Assembly: GCA_031271375.1 (NCBI GenBank)
Contig: JAISVU010000027.1
Location: forward strand, 1-39,899
Direction of reading: 5' to 3'
From: Clostridiales bacterium
GTDB taxonomy: Bacteria > Bacillota > Clostridia > Lachnospirales > WRAX01
Length of the DNA: 39,899 nt
The notes under the pieces were generated by a model. The model was not told where the DNA came from. It made no database searches and worked only from the letters and a program-made list of their open reading frames with translations. Below are positions 1-8,889 of this stretch, piece by piece. How positions within the stretch are numbered: position 1 is the first letter of the stretch; each line of letters begins with the position of its first letter. The position numbers and the translations under genes are program-made.

Positions 1-173
1 GCAGCATTTTCCTTCACATACTTGCACGTTTGGTAGGATGCGTTGTCGAGGACGATATGAATAGGGCGGCTGAAAGAACAGTCAAGTTTTTCGAAGAGGC
101 GGCATAACGCCGCCCCTACAGCTTTGCACAGTCCAATGTTCGTTGTAGTGCTAAATTGACAACATAGGATTTT
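1..173 (-). pseudogene. IS630-family (DDE_3) transposase fragment, 5'-truncated and running off the left window edge
   Basis: Minus-strand translation reads ...TTTNIGLCKAVGAALCRLFEKLDCSFSRPIHIVLDNASYQTCKYVKENA. The hIVLDNAxx(H/Q) block is the second catalytic Asp region of IS630/Tc1-type DDE transposases. An in-frame TAA at 174-176 is not followed by any start codon, so the N-terminal part is missing. Confidence 0.45.
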
Positions 174-202
174 TTATAAACAAATCAGCCAGTTTATCCC
201 CT

Positions 203-568
203 TCATTCACTCTGAGATAAGCCATTCATATCACCCCACTCTTTCATAAATTTCAAAACAGATATAAAACTCTGTCCAAGCGCGGTCAAAGTATATTCCA
301 CTCGCGGAGGGATTTCCTTAAAATCATGCCGTTCAATAAACCCGTCCTGCTCTAACTCACGGAGCTGCTTCGTTAGGGACGACTCCGTTATCTTCTCAAT
401 CTTCCGGCGCAGCGCGCCGAATCTGTGTATATCGTGGACGGATATATAGTAGAGTATTTCCAATTTCCATTTGCCGCCCAGTATTTTTTGCAGCAAGGAT
501 ATCGTCTTGCAGCGCCCTATAGCCAGTTCGCTATTTTCACTGAAACCCACTCCATTCTCTTTTTTCAC
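203..568 (-). CDS. HxlR-family winged-helix transcriptional regulator
   Basis: 121 aa. GGKWKLEILYYI...RFGALRR.I..ITESSLTKQLRELEQDGFIER......PPRVEYTLTALG is the typical HxlR signature. Confidence 0.85.
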   Translation of the reverse strand: MKKENGVGFSENSELAIGRCKTISLLQKILGGKWKLEILYYISVHDIHRFGALRRKIEKITESSLTKQLRELEQDGFIERHDFKEIPPRVEYTLTALGQSFISVLKFMKEWGDMNGLSQSE

Positions 569-793
569 ACTTAAAAATACAGGCTCTGACGGTAAGGGAT
601 TCTTTGATAAAGTGTCAGAGCATTGCTATGTTCGCGAGCATCCTTACCGAAAGAAACAAAGCAGGGTTATCAATGGCTTGCGATACTTTATTGATACGGA
701 AAGTGAAGAGGCAATGCAAGAGTATCGCGCCAATCGCGCAGATATTACGTACACAGCCCCAAAACCTCGTCCGCGAACTAACTGAAATTTTAC

Positions 794-822
794 TTGCGTT
801 TTTACTCCTCGCGTGTTATCAT
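794..822 (+). promoter_or_regulatory. Candidate sigma-A promoter of the peptide ABC operon
   Basis: TTGCGT (794-799), 17 nt, TATCAT (817-822), with TG one base upstream of the -10. It lies about 40 nt upstream of the permease GTG start. Confidence 0.3.
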
Positions 823-861
823 AACCCTTACAGTTATAAACACGCGGAAGGGGGCGTGACG

Positions 862-1833
862 GTGAATGCCAAGTTCATTATAAACCGGTTAATATATACG
901 CTGTTCATGTTTCTTTTCGTGATTACCTTTAACTTTATACTCTTTCGTCTAATGCCCGGCGACCCGCTGTCCATCATGTCCAAAGAGGTTAAGTCGTCGC
1001 CGGAGACCCGGGCCTCGATGGAAAGGCTCTACGGGCTGGATAAACCCATTGCGGAACAATACATAAATTACGTAAAAAGTATGATTACGTTTGATTTCGG
1101 TATGTCCTTCAACTATAGGATGCCCGTTGCCGAAGTCCTGTCCGATAAAATCAAGAACTCGGTGGTTCTTGCGCTGTGGGCTACCCCGCTGGGGATAGCC
1201 ATTGGCGTTGTAATGGGGATTGTCGCGGCGGCCTTCCGGGGGAAGAAGGCTGATTCCATCATCACGACCTCGTCTATGGTTATTTACGCCATCCCGTCTT
1301 TTTGGCTTGCGATGATTCTTATGCTCTACCTGGGCGTGAAGTTTAAGCTGGTGCCAATCAGCGGGATGACGAACCCCGGCATGACGTTCGCCACGTATTT
1401 TGATTATTTAAAGAATTTGGCCTGGCATATGATAACCCCTGTGGTGTCTTATGCGCTGGCTACGTTTGGCAGTTACTTCCTTATCATGCGCAGCTCGATG
1501 CTGGACGTGTTCGCGGAGGACTTTGTGCTGACGGCCCGGGCAAAGGGATTATCCCGCAGGAAGGTTATTACGCGGCATGTCGTGCCAAATGCGATGCTCC
1601 CGATTACAACGGTTATCATAACCAGCATAGCGCTGATGTTCACCGGGTTCTTCTCGATAGAAATTTTGTTTTCCTGGCCAGGGGTAGGGCGTATGATGGT
1701 TGAGGCCGTGACGAAGCAGGACTACCCGCTGATGCAGGCGATAAACTTCCTTATCGCAGTGGCGGTCGTGATTACGAACCTCCTTGTGGATATACTGTAC
1801 GGATACCTGGATCCGAGGGTAAGGGTGGAGTGA
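862..1833 (+). CDS. Peptide/nickel ABC transporter permease (OppB/DppB type)
   Basis: GTG start at 862 is preceded by GGAAGGGGG. The N-terminus FIINRLIYTLF...FRLMPGDP and the EAA-type loop FVLTARAKGLSRRKVITRHVVPNA are typical. The 604-861 extension in the ORF track has no permease-like sequence. Confidence 0.9.
   Translation: MNAKFIINRLIYTLFMFLFVITFNFILFRLMPGDPLSIMSKEVKSSPETRASMERLYGLDKPIAEQYINYVKSMITFDFGMSFNYRMPVAEVLSDKIKNSVVLALWATPLGIAIGVVMGIVAAAFRGKKADSIITTSSMVIYAIPSFWLAMILMLYLGVKFKLVPISGMTNPGMTFATYFDYLKNLAWHMITPVVSYALATFGSYFLIMRSSMLDVFAEDFVLTARAKGLSRRKVITRHVVPNAMLPITTVIITSIALMFTGFFSIEILFSWPGVGRMMVEAVTKQDYPLMQAINFLIAVAVVITNLLVDILYGYLDPRVRVE
1789..1833 (+). repeat. Direct repeat copy 1 (functional 3' end of the permease gene, DILYGYLDPRVRVE*)
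   Basis: Its last 36 nt (1798-1833) match 2300-2335 at 33 of 36 positions. Confidence 0.8.
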
Positions 1834-1869
1834 AACAATATATACCCACGAAGGGAATGGGTTTTAATA

Positions 1870-2088
1870 ATGCAATTCAAAATGGTTCTTGAATACGCGG
1901 ACAAGATATGGATTGCCCATTGCGAGGAGCTGAAAATAACGCTGGAAGAAGGCTCTTTTGACGCGCTGGTTGTACGGATGAAGATAGCGATACAGGAAAT
2001 AGCGGAGTTGGAGCTGGGGTATAAAGGCGATATAGACCTTTTGATTACAATGAAGGACAGAATCGAGAACATTAAAGCGGTGAGCTGA
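1870..2088 (+). CDS. DUF1902/HicB-like small antitoxin candidate
   Basis: 72 aa. Its stop overlaps the start of the downstream HicA-like gene (TGATG). The N-terminal beta-rich segment (MVLEYADKIWIAHCEEL) resembles HicB/DUF1902 N-domains. Confidence 0.55.
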   Translation: MQFKMVLEYADKIWIAHCEELKITLEEGSFDALVVRMKIAIQEIAELELGYKGDIDLLITMKDRIENIKAVS

Positions 2089-2282
2089 TGGGGAATTACT
2101 CATCGCAGGTAAAAAGTATTTTAAAAGCGCATGGATGCACCTTCATAAGGTATGGCAAAGGAGACCATGAACGATGGTACAGCCCCATAATTAACGCCAA
2201 TTTTTCTATCGACGGTAAAATAGAAAGCCGCGTAAGCGCGAATAAGCAGCTGAAAGACGCAGGAATCACACAGAAGGTGTAA
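2088..2282 (+). CDS. hicA: HicA-family mRNA-interferase toxin candidate
   Basis: 64 aa. ILKAHGCTFIRYGKGDHERWYSP....F.I.......SANKQLKDAGI follows the HicA pattern (G.f..r..GSH..w....;  ...il+qaGi). Confidence 0.6.
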   Translation: MGNYSSQVKSILKAHGCTFIRYGKGDHERWYSPIINANFSIDGKIESRVSANKQLKDAGITQKV

Positions 2283-2290
2283 TTTTCTTA

Positions 2291-2335
2291 CGGATATACT
2301 ACGGGTACCTGGATCCGAAGGTAAGGGTGGAATGA
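2291..2335 (+). repeat. Direct repeat copy 2: orphan in-frame relic of a permease 3' end (RIYYGYLDPKVRVE*)
   Basis: Matches 1798-1833 at 33 of 36 nt over 2300-2335 and keeps its stop codon. It lies immediately after the hicA-like stop. Confidence 0.8.
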
Positions 2336-2440
2336 ATACTGCAAGGATGAAGGATAATTGATATTCGTCTTACTTGCCGATTAGTGGCATCGCTGAAGGT
2401 GCGGAAAATTTATATTATCTGGAGCAAAGAGAGGTATGGC

Positions 2441-2869
2441 GTGAACATTACATTAAGGGCAATTGACAAAGATAATTTTAAGAAAGTTATCTCATTGAAA
2501 GTAGAAAAGTATTGCGCATCAAACTTGTATTCTCTGGCGCAAACGAAAATTTTCCCAGAAGAAATACCGCTTGCGATATATAATGATGAGGAACCTGTTG
2601 GTTTTATTATGTATGGAATTGAACCGCGCGATAGTAATGTGTATTGGATAGATCGATTTATGATTGATGAAGCGCACCAAAGGAAAGGTTTCGGGAAAAA
2701 AGCCCTTGAAATGGCAATTGATATAATCAAACAGGACAAAACACGTGATACGATAAAAATAAGCACAAATCCGGAAAACGCTGTCGCAAGGAAGTTGTAT
2801 GCGGATTTAGGCTTTTATGATACCAACGAACTTGATGATGGGGAAGTATTGCTGGTACTAAAGTATTAG
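2441..2869 (+). CDS. GNAT-family N-acetyltransferase
   Basis: Acetyl-CoA motif A is IDEAHQRKGFGKKALEMAI, and the C-terminal ARKLYADLGF is typical. GTG 2441 with upstream GGAGCAAAGAGAGG is preferred over GTG 2384. Confidence 0.8.
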   Translation: MNITLRAIDKDNFKKVISLKVEKYCASNLYSLAQTKIFPEEIPLAIYNDEEPVGFIMYGIEPRDSNVYWIDRFMIDEAHQRKGFGKKALEMAIDIIKQDKTRDTIKISTNPENAVARKLYADLGFYDTNELDDGEVLLVLKY

Positions 2870-2957
2870 CCATCTGATAATAAGCATTTTCTTCAGCAGT
2901 AAAAATTTTCATCAAAACGCAGCTATTTTACGGATTAAGGAGAGGCGGCGGCACGAA

Positions 2958-3848
2958 ATGGACGCAGTTAAGACTATTAATGCAAAACCGACCAAGAAGC
3001 ACAACAAAGCCGCCGCCGGGTTCAAGCTGTTTATCGGCAACGGCAAGGCCGTGTTCGGCGCGGTTCTTCTGCTGCTCTTCCTGGTGTTCGCCGCGATAGG
3101 CCCGGTGCTGTACGAGTATCATCACGACGGTTATGCCCTGGGGAGCCGCCTCCAGGCCCCTAACGAGGAATACCGGATGGGCTTGGACGAGCTGGGCCGC
3201 GACGTGTTCGGCGCGATAATCTACGGCGCCAGGGCTTCGCTGATGATCGGCTTCTTCGTTACGCTGCTCGTGGTTATCGTAGGCACGGCGCTGGGGATAA
3301 CGGCCGGGTATATCGGCGGTGTCTTCGACATAATTATTATGCGCATAACGGAAGCGTTCATGCTGGTGCCTTTTATGCCGCTGGTGCTGACCCTCGCAGC
3401 CATCGTGGGGCAACGGTTTTCCAATATCATCATCATACTGGGCCTTACTTCGTGGCCCGGCACCGCCCGCCTTGTAAGGGCGCAGACCCTTACGATCAAG
3501 CAGCGCAACTATGTGGAGCGGGCGAGGGCGCTGGGGGCGGGGAGCGGCTACATAATGTTCCGGCATATCCTGCCTAACGTGTTCCCGCTGATATTCTCCA
3601 ATATCATATTGTTGGTTCAGAATGCGATAATCGCGGAGTCGACGCTGGCCTTTTTGGGCATAGGCGACCCCTCAATCCCCACCTGGGGGCAGCTCTTGCG
3701 GAGCGCGAGGGAGGAAAGCGCCGTCGTTACCAATTCCTGGTGGATGTTCATACCCGCCGGGGCTTGTATCGTTCTGCTGGCGTCGTCTTTCGTGTTTATA
3801 AGCTACGGGTTTGACGAAATACTCAACCCCAAGCTCAGAAAACGGTAA
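2958..3848 (+). CDS. Peptide/nickel ABC transporter permease (OppC/DppC type)
   Basis: 296 aa with RBS AAGGAGAGG. The YVERARALGAGSGYIMFRHILPNVFP loop is typical of OppC/DppC. Confidence 0.9.
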   Translation: MDAVKTINAKPTKKHNKAAAGFKLFIGNGKAVFGAVLLLLFLVFAAIGPVLYEYHHDGYALGSRLQAPNEEYRMGLDELGRDVFGAIIYGARASLMIGFFVTLLVVIVGTALGITAGYIGGVFDIIIMRITEAFMLVPFMPLVLTLAAIVGQRFSNIIIILGLTSWPGTARLVRAQTLTIKQRNYVERARALGAGSGYIMFRHILPNVFPLIFSNIILLVQNAIIAESTLAFLGIGDPSIPTWGQLLRSAREESAVVTNSWWMFIPAGACIVLLASSFVFISYGFDEILNPKLRKR

Positions 3849-3862
3849 AGCGAGGTGATGTG

Positions 3863-4843
3863 ATGCCGCTCTTGGAAGTCAGCGATTTAAAGACCTATTT
3901 CAAAATCTCCCGGGGCGAGATAAAGGCCGTGGACGGCGTCAGCTTCACCGTTGACAGCGGCGAGGCCCTGGGCCTTGTGGGCGAATCTGGATGCGGAAAG
4001 ACGACGACCGCCCTGTCCGTCATTAAACTCCTGCCCGAGAACGCAAGGGTGGCGGGCGGTAAGATTGTCTTTAACGGGCGGGATATCACGGCGCTTAAAG
4101 ACGACGACCTCTATGATTTCCGCTGGGCCGAGGCTTCAATGGTGTTTCAGGGGGCTATGAACGCCCTAAACCCGGTCAAGCGCGTGTCCGACCAGATTAT
4201 GGAAGCGCTGTTCTTACATAAAAAGGGTATGACGAAGAAGGACGGCCTTGCGCGGGTGAAGGAGCTGTTTGAGCTGGTTGAGCTTAACCCGTCGATGATC
4301 CACTGCTATCCCCATGAGTTTTCCGGCGGGATGAGGCAGCGGGCGGTAATCGCGATGGCGCTTGCCCTGTCCCCCAAGCTGGTTATCGGCGACGAGCCCA
4401 CGACCGCGCTGGACGTAATGGTGCAGGCCCAGATTATAGACCTGATCAACAGCCTCCGCGCCAAGCTGGGCATGGCGCTGATTATGATAACCCACGACCT
4501 CAGCGTCATCACCGAGCTGTGCGACAAAACGGCGGTGATGTACGCGGGTAAGATAGTCGAGATGGGGAGTACGGTAGAGGTAACGACTTCGTATCTTCAT
4601 CCGTACACGGAGAAGCTCATTACGGCTTTCCCTAATATCTACAAAGAGCGCAGGATGGTTGACTCCATCCCAGGAGACCCGCCGGATTTGTTCGAGCCGC
4701 CAAAGGGCTGCCGGTTCGCGGAACGCTGCCATGTAAAGATAGGCGATGTTTGCGAATGCGAGGAGCCTGTACTGACGGATATAACGGGCAAAGGCCATTA
4801 CGCGGCCTGCCACAAGCTGACAGGGGGCGGTGCGTATGTCTGA
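3863..4843 (+). CDS. Peptide ABC transporter ATP-binding protein (OppD type)
   Basis: Walker A GESGCGKT, signature FSGGMRQR, Walker B LVIGDEPTTALD, and a Cys-rich oligopeptide C-terminal extension (CRFAERC...CECEEP). Confidence 0.9.
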   Translation: MPLLEVSDLKTYFKISRGEIKAVDGVSFTVDSGEALGLVGESGCGKTTTALSVIKLLPENARVAGGKIVFNGRDITALKDDDLYDFRWAEASMVFQGAMNALNPVKRVSDQIMEALFLHKKGMTKKDGLARVKELFELVELNPSMIHCYPHEFSGGMRQRAVIAMALALSPKLVIGDEPTTALDVMVQAQIIDLINSLRAKLGMALIMITHDLSVITELCDKTAVMYAGKIVEMGSTVEVTTSYLHPYTEKLITAFPNIYKERRMVDSIPGDPPDLFEPPKGCRFAERCHVKIGDVCECEEPVLTDITGKGHYAACHKLTGGGAYV

Positions 4844-5837
4844 AACCGCTTTAGTTGGCGTTAAGGACGTCAGCGTCGAGTTCAAGATTCGCCAGGGGTT
4901 TATCGACGAGTTCATAAGGCGTAAAAAGAAGGTAGTCCGGGCCGTCGACAACATATCCTTCGATATCGCCCCGGGTGAGATTCTATCGCTTGTGGGCGAG
5001 AGCGGCAGCGGGAAGACCACTACGGGGCGGGCGCTGCTCAGTCTTGTGCGCAGTACCGCAGGGAACGTGTATTTCCACGGCGGCGATATCGGGCTGCTCA
5101 AGGGCAAGCAGGTACGGGACTTTCGCAAAAAGGCTCAGATGATATTCCAGGATCCGTATCAGTCCCTTAACCCGCGCTTCAACGTGTTTGAGATCGTTAC
5201 CGAGCCGCTGCTATTCAACGAGCATAAGAACGCCGACCGCGCCGTTAAAGAAGAAATGGCGGTGAAAGCCCTGGAATTCGCTGGGCTGCGTCCCGGCATA
5301 GAGTATCTGTACCGCTATCCCCACGAACTGTCCGGGGGCCAGCGGCAGCGCGTTTCCATCGCGACCTGCTTCATCATGTCGCCGGAGCTGATCGTCGCGG
5401 ACGAGCCGGTGTCGATGCTGGACGCGTCAGTTCGGGCGAACATACTCAAGCTCTTCGTCGGGATGAAGGACGAGAAGAACGCGGCGATACTGTTCATCAC
5501 GCATGACCTCTCTCTTGCCTGGCTCATATCAGACCGTATCGCGATAATGTACCTGGGCAAGATTGTGGAGATCGGCCCCGCCGATATTATAGCCGGGTCT
5601 TGTATGCACCCTTATTCCCAGGCGCTTACCAGCGTGCTTGCGATGGTGGGCGAGGAACGGCGCCGCCCGCGCATTATTCTCAAAGGCGAGACGCCTTCGC
5701 CGATGAATATCCCGGAGGGATGCCGCTTCCACCCGCGCTGCCCTGCCGTGTGCGACCTCTGCCGCAAAGAAGAACCGACGCTTAAAGAGGTTCAACCGGG
5801 GCATTCGGTGATGTGCCATTATCCGGGTAAGATGTAA
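4836..5837 (+). CDS. Peptide ABC transporter ATP-binding protein (OppF type)
   Basis: Walker A GESGSGKT, LSGGQRQR, LIVADEPVSMLD, and C-terminal CRFHPRCP..CDLC. ATG 4836 overlaps the upstream stop (ATGTCTGA). Confidence 0.9.
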   Translation: MSETALVGVKDVSVEFKIRQGFIDEFIRRKKKVVRAVDNISFDIAPGEILSLVGESGSGKTTTGRALLSLVRSTAGNVYFHGGDIGLLKGKQVRDFRKKAQMIFQDPYQSLNPRFNVFEIVTEPLLFNEHKNADRAVKEEMAVKALEFAGLRPGIEYLYRYPHELSGGQRQRVSIATCFIMSPELIVADEPVSMLDASVRANILKLFVGMKDEKNAAILFITHDLSLAWLISDRIAIMYLGKIVEIGPADIIAGSCMHPYSQALTSVLAMVGEERRRPRIILKGETPSPMNIPEGCRFHPRCPAVCDLCRKEEPTLKEVQPGHSVMCHYPGKM

Positions 5838-5877
5838 CGCTTGTGGTTTCAATAATACCAATATAAGGAGGAAGATT

Positions 5878-7536
5878 ATGAAGAAAGTTATCGCTTTGTT
5901 ACTTGCGGCTATGATGGTTATTGGCTTGGCCGCCTGCGGCCAGACGCCGGCCCCCGCCGGGGACGAACCGCAGCAAGAGGTTCAGGGCAGCGACGAGCCA
6001 GTCATATTCCGTTACGGCTTGTTCAACGACTGGATGGATTCCAAGAACCCTTATTCGTCCAGCTGGGCCATCTCAACCACCGTCTACCACAGCAACCACT
6101 ACGAATACCTTGTGAGGCTTAACCCCGCGCTGGAGCAAGAGGGTTTCCTCGCCGAGAGCTGGAGCGTCAGCGAAGACGGCATGACCTGGACGATCAACGT
6201 GCGCCAGGGCGTTCAATGGACCGACGGCGAGGCCTTAACCGCCGACGACGTCGTGTTCTCCTACAAAGCGGTGCTGGAGAACGAGCTTCCGAGGTTCTAC
6301 TCAGAGATCAGCAGCATCACGGACATCGTGGCTGTTGACGAGTACACGGTTGAGCTTACGACCTCGGTACCCAGGGCCGACTACATAAACATGTTCATCA
6401 TGCCCATCGTACCCGAGCATATCTGGAACGTCAACGAGACCCAGGAAGACTTTATGAACTTCTTCGACCCCAACCTTATCGGCACCGGGCCGTTCATCTT
6501 CGTTGACGAGAGCGTTGACGAGTTCGTCCGCTACAAAGCCAACGACAACTACTGGGGCGGGCGTCCCAATATCGACGAGCTGATCTACGTCTTCTTCGCC
6601 AACGACGACATCAAGATGCAGGCCCTCGCGGCCGGCGAGATAGACATCACGACGATCACCGCCGCCCAGTTTGATTCCGTCAGCGCGATGGAAGGCATTG
6701 AAACCGTCGAGTACGGCACGCTCTCGTTTACCGAGATGGGCTTCAATATGTGGCAGGACGAGGCCTCAAAAGGCAACCCCCTTATCCGCGACGTTAAGGA
6801 AATACGCCAGGCTATCGACTACGCCATCAACTATGACGAGCTTATCGAGTTTGCCAAGGGCGGCTTTGCCAACCACGAATACGGCCTTATCCCCAGCCTC
6901 GCGAAGCCCTACGCCTGGACGCCCGACGCCGACACTATGCGCGGGTTCGATCCCCAGAAGGGAATAGAGCTGCTGGAGTCCGCCGGGTTCACGACCGTTG
7001 ACGGCGACGGCATCCGCTCCAACGACGCCGGGGAGAAGCTGAGTTTCCGCGCCTCCGTCATCGAAGGCTCTTATAGGGACGCCGCGCTGCTTATCCAGGG
7101 CTACTGCAAGGATATCGGCATAAACCTTGATATCACGTTTGTGGATTCCGCCCGTCAGAGCGATATTATCTACGAACAGGACTTCGACACGGACATCTAC
7201 TTCTGGGGCTGGACCGGAGACTATGAAGACCCCGGTTACATCCTTTCCATTATGACCACGGAGCAGGTTGGCGGCCGCAGCGACTGCTTCTACTCGAACC
7301 CCGCCTATGACGAGCTGTTCAACGCTCAGATCAGCATGGTGGATCAAGAAGAGCGTATCGCAGCCGTCACCGAGATGCAGGAGATTATCTACGAGGATTG
7401 CCCGTATCTTCTTCTGTACTCGAACGCCAACGTCCTCGCCTACAACGGCGAGAACTGGGAAGGCTTTATCCGCCAGCCCGCCGAGTTCGGCAGCATCCTC
7501 ACGATGAGATCGCTTGCCAACGTGTCGCATAAGTAA
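5878..7536 (+). CDS. ABC transporter substrate-binding lipoprotein, family 5 (peptide/nickel)
   Basis: 552 aa with RBS AAGGAGGA and a signal peptide with lipobox LAAC. The length and sequence are SBP_bac_5-like. Confidence 0.9.
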   Translation: MKKVIALLLAAMMVIGLAACGQTPAPAGDEPQQEVQGSDEPVIFRYGLFNDWMDSKNPYSSSWAISTTVYHSNHYEYLVRLNPALEQEGFLAESWSVSEDGMTWTINVRQGVQWTDGEALTADDVVFSYKAVLENELPRFYSEISSITDIVAVDEYTVELTTSVPRADYINMFIMPIVPEHIWNVNETQEDFMNFFDPNLIGTGPFIFVDESVDEFVRYKANDNYWGGRPNIDELIYVFFANDDIKMQALAAGEIDITTITAAQFDSVSAMEGIETVEYGTLSFTEMGFNMWQDEASKGNPLIRDVKEIRQAIDYAINYDELIEFAKGGFANHEYGLIPSLAKPYAWTPDADTMRGFDPQKGIELLESAGFTTVDGDGIRSNDAGEKLSFRASVIEGSYRDAALLIQGYCKDIGINLDITFVDSARQSDIIYEQDFDTDIYFWGWTGDYEDPGYILSIMTTEQVGGRSDCFYSNPAYDELFNAQISMVDQEERIAAVTEMQEIIYEDCPYLLLYSNANVLAYNGENWEGFIRQPAEFGSILTMRSLANVSHK

Positions 7537-7551
7537 AGATTTTTGACGCAA

Positions 7552-7596
7552 AAGCCCCTCTGCGGCGCTGTCTGGCCGCAAAGGGGCTTGAGTTTT
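7552..7596 (+). terminator. Rho-independent terminator of the peptide ABC operon
   Basis: AAGCCCCTCTGCGGC...GCCGCAAAGGGGCTT long stem followed by GAGTTTTG. Confidence 0.6.
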
Positions 7597-7623
7597 GTAT
7601 CATTAATAAAGGAGGCTTCACAA

Positions 7624-8103
7624 ATGAGCAAATTCGAAAACGCTATGAAGCTAATGCAGGAACGCTGCGGGAACGGAGACCGCGAGGAGATTATCGGCCT
7701 TGCCACTATATCGTTGACCCCAACAGCGACCGGCGCGCCTCGCCCAGCTGCGCGCATGGTCTGCGCCTATTACCAGGACGGCGCGTTTTATGTGTCCACC
7801 GACGCCACAAAGAATAAAATGCTGCAGATTGAAAAGAACAGCGAAGTCTCCGTCTGCGGCTTGAATTGGTACGCGTTCCAGGGCGTTGCGGAAAATCTGG
7901 GCTGGGTTAAGGATGAAAAGAACGCGGAGATAAGGGCGAGGTTCAAAAAGGTTTTCGACTGGTTTGATGAGGTCGGAGACGAGGACAACCCCAATTCCAT
8001 CGTGCTGCGTATCACGCTGACGGAAGGCACCGTCATCGATAACGAGCAAAAGTACGGCGAACGGATGTATGAAGTGGACTTTATTAATAAAACGGCTAAA
8101 TAA
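7624..8103 (+). CDS. Pyridoxamine 5'-phosphate oxidase-like (general stress protein 26-like) FMN-binding protein
   Basis: ATG 7624 is preceded by AAAGGAGG. A split-barrel-like pattern is present (GAFYVSTDATKNKMLQIEKNSEVSVCG...). The functional call is from resemblance only. Confidence 0.55.
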   Translation: MSKFENAMKLMQERCGNGDREEIIGLATISLTPTATGAPRPAARMVCAYYQDGAFYVSTDATKNKMLQIEKNSEVSVCGLNWYAFQGVAENLGWVKDEKNAEIRARFKKVFDWFDEVGDEDNPNSIVLRITLTEGTVIDNEQKYGERMYEVDFINKTAK

Positions 8104-8159
8104 TGGATTGAGTTTAAGAATTCTTCATCACTGCCGATACATAAGGCGAGGAGTAAACT

Positions 8160-8194
8160 CCACGGATGGAAACTTGGCCGTGGGGTTTTCTTTC
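8160..8194 (+). terminator. Candidate terminator
   Basis: CCACGG-12 nt-CCGTGG followed by GGTTTTCTTTC. Confidence 0.4.
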
Positions 8195-8214
8195 TCTTAT
8201 GAAAGGGGCGCTTG

Positions 8215-8607
8215 ATGATGAGTATTCAACCCGTAGGCAAAAACGCTCTGGCATACCAGCGCGGCAATGAAAAGGCCGAGAATAATGCGGAAAGCGCGAA
8301 AGAGAAGGCTTTGGACAACCAGATTCAGCGTCAGAAGGATTTCGCCAAAGCGCTCAAAATGCTGGACGACCATCTGGCCGAGACGGAAAGACGGCGGAAG
8401 AGGGAAGAAGCCCAACGGAAGCAGGCGGAGCATGACGAGCGGGTAAAGGAAAAGAAGATACAGGAGCTTACGGCGCTGATAGCGCATCTCCGCTCTAAGG
8501 TCGCGAACAGCAGGGGAGGGGACAGCTCCGCCCAAGCGCGGCTGGACGCCGCCGAAACGGAGCTGTTCTGGCTGACATTCAGTTTTGGAGGGGCGGCGGG
8601 GTTATGA
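8215..8607 (+). CDS. Hypothetical highly charged coiled-coil protein with a short hydrophobic C-terminal tail
   Basis: RBS GAAAGGGG. K/E/R/Q-rich helical sequence ending in LFWLTFSFGGAAGL. No family recognised. Confidence 0.5.
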   Translation: MMSIQPVGKNALAYQRGNEKAENNAESAKEKALDNQIQRQKDFAKALKMLDDHLAETERRRKREEAQRKQAEHDERVKEKKIQELTALIAHLRSKVANSRGGDSSAQARLDAAETELFWLTFSFGGAAGL

Positions 8608-8680
8608 ACCGCGATAATTAAAGTTACCGCTAAAGACGCGAAAAGCGCGAAAAAAGATTGGAATACCCATGACTTTTCGG

Positions 8681-8869
8681 TTATAATGAACCGATTTTAA
8701 AGCCTGCCGCCGCCGCTTTCACATCAGAAAAATAGATAACGACCGTCCTTACCTCGCGCCGATCTTGTTTATAAAGGCGCAGGTCATAATCCGCGAAGCG
8801 AAGTAGGCCGTCTCTATTATATACTGTTTGGAACTTAAAATGCAAAATCATTATATCATAATGAATCAC
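8681..8869 (-). pseudogene. Remnant of an Rpn-family (YhgA/PD-(D/E)XK) recombination-promoting nuclease / putative transposase
   Basis: The 62-aa ORF ILHFKFQTVYNRDGLLRFADYDLRLYKQDRREVRTVVIYF resembles the conserved h-h-H-h-E-F-Q-(S/T)...R...Y..R.Y......V.QVVIY core. It is far shorter than full-length family members (a few hundred aa). Confidence 0.35.
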
Positions 8870-8889
8870 GAGGTCAAGTGTCGTTTGAA

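Noticed and set aside
584-618. Inverted repeat CTCTGAC-N21-GTCAGAG just upstream of the HxlR gene start, considered as an operator
   Set aside because: It has only a 7-bp stem and a long loop, and nothing here supports it beyond its position next to the HxlR gene. It is plausible as an HxlR autoregulatory site but too weak to call as a feature.
604-861. N-terminal 86-codon extension of the first permease ORF, and the overlapping 104-aa ORF at 471-785
   Set aside because: The extension has no permease-like or membrane character. A GTG at 862 with a good RBS gives the canonical OppB/DppB N-terminus. The 471-785 ORF overlaps the HxlR gene antisense and its sequence is Ser/Pro/Arg-rich and low in complexity.
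2928-3566. 212-aa minus-strand ORF antisense to the OppC-type permease
   Set aside because: Same reasoning: a His/Arg/Gln/Pro-rich low-complexity translation opposite a clearly real permease gene.
4214-5128. 304-aa minus-strand ORF antisense to the two ABC ATPase genes
   Set aside because: It lies opposite genes with unmistakable Walker/signature motifs. The product is Arg/Pro/Leu-rich, as expected for antisense frames in GC-rich coding DNA. No RBS or known motif.
6766-7581. 271-aa minus-strand ORF antisense to the substrate-binding protein gene
   Set aside because: An open antisense frame in GC-rich coding sequence. The product is Gly/Val/Ala/Asp-rich with no recognisable family, and it runs through the operon terminator.
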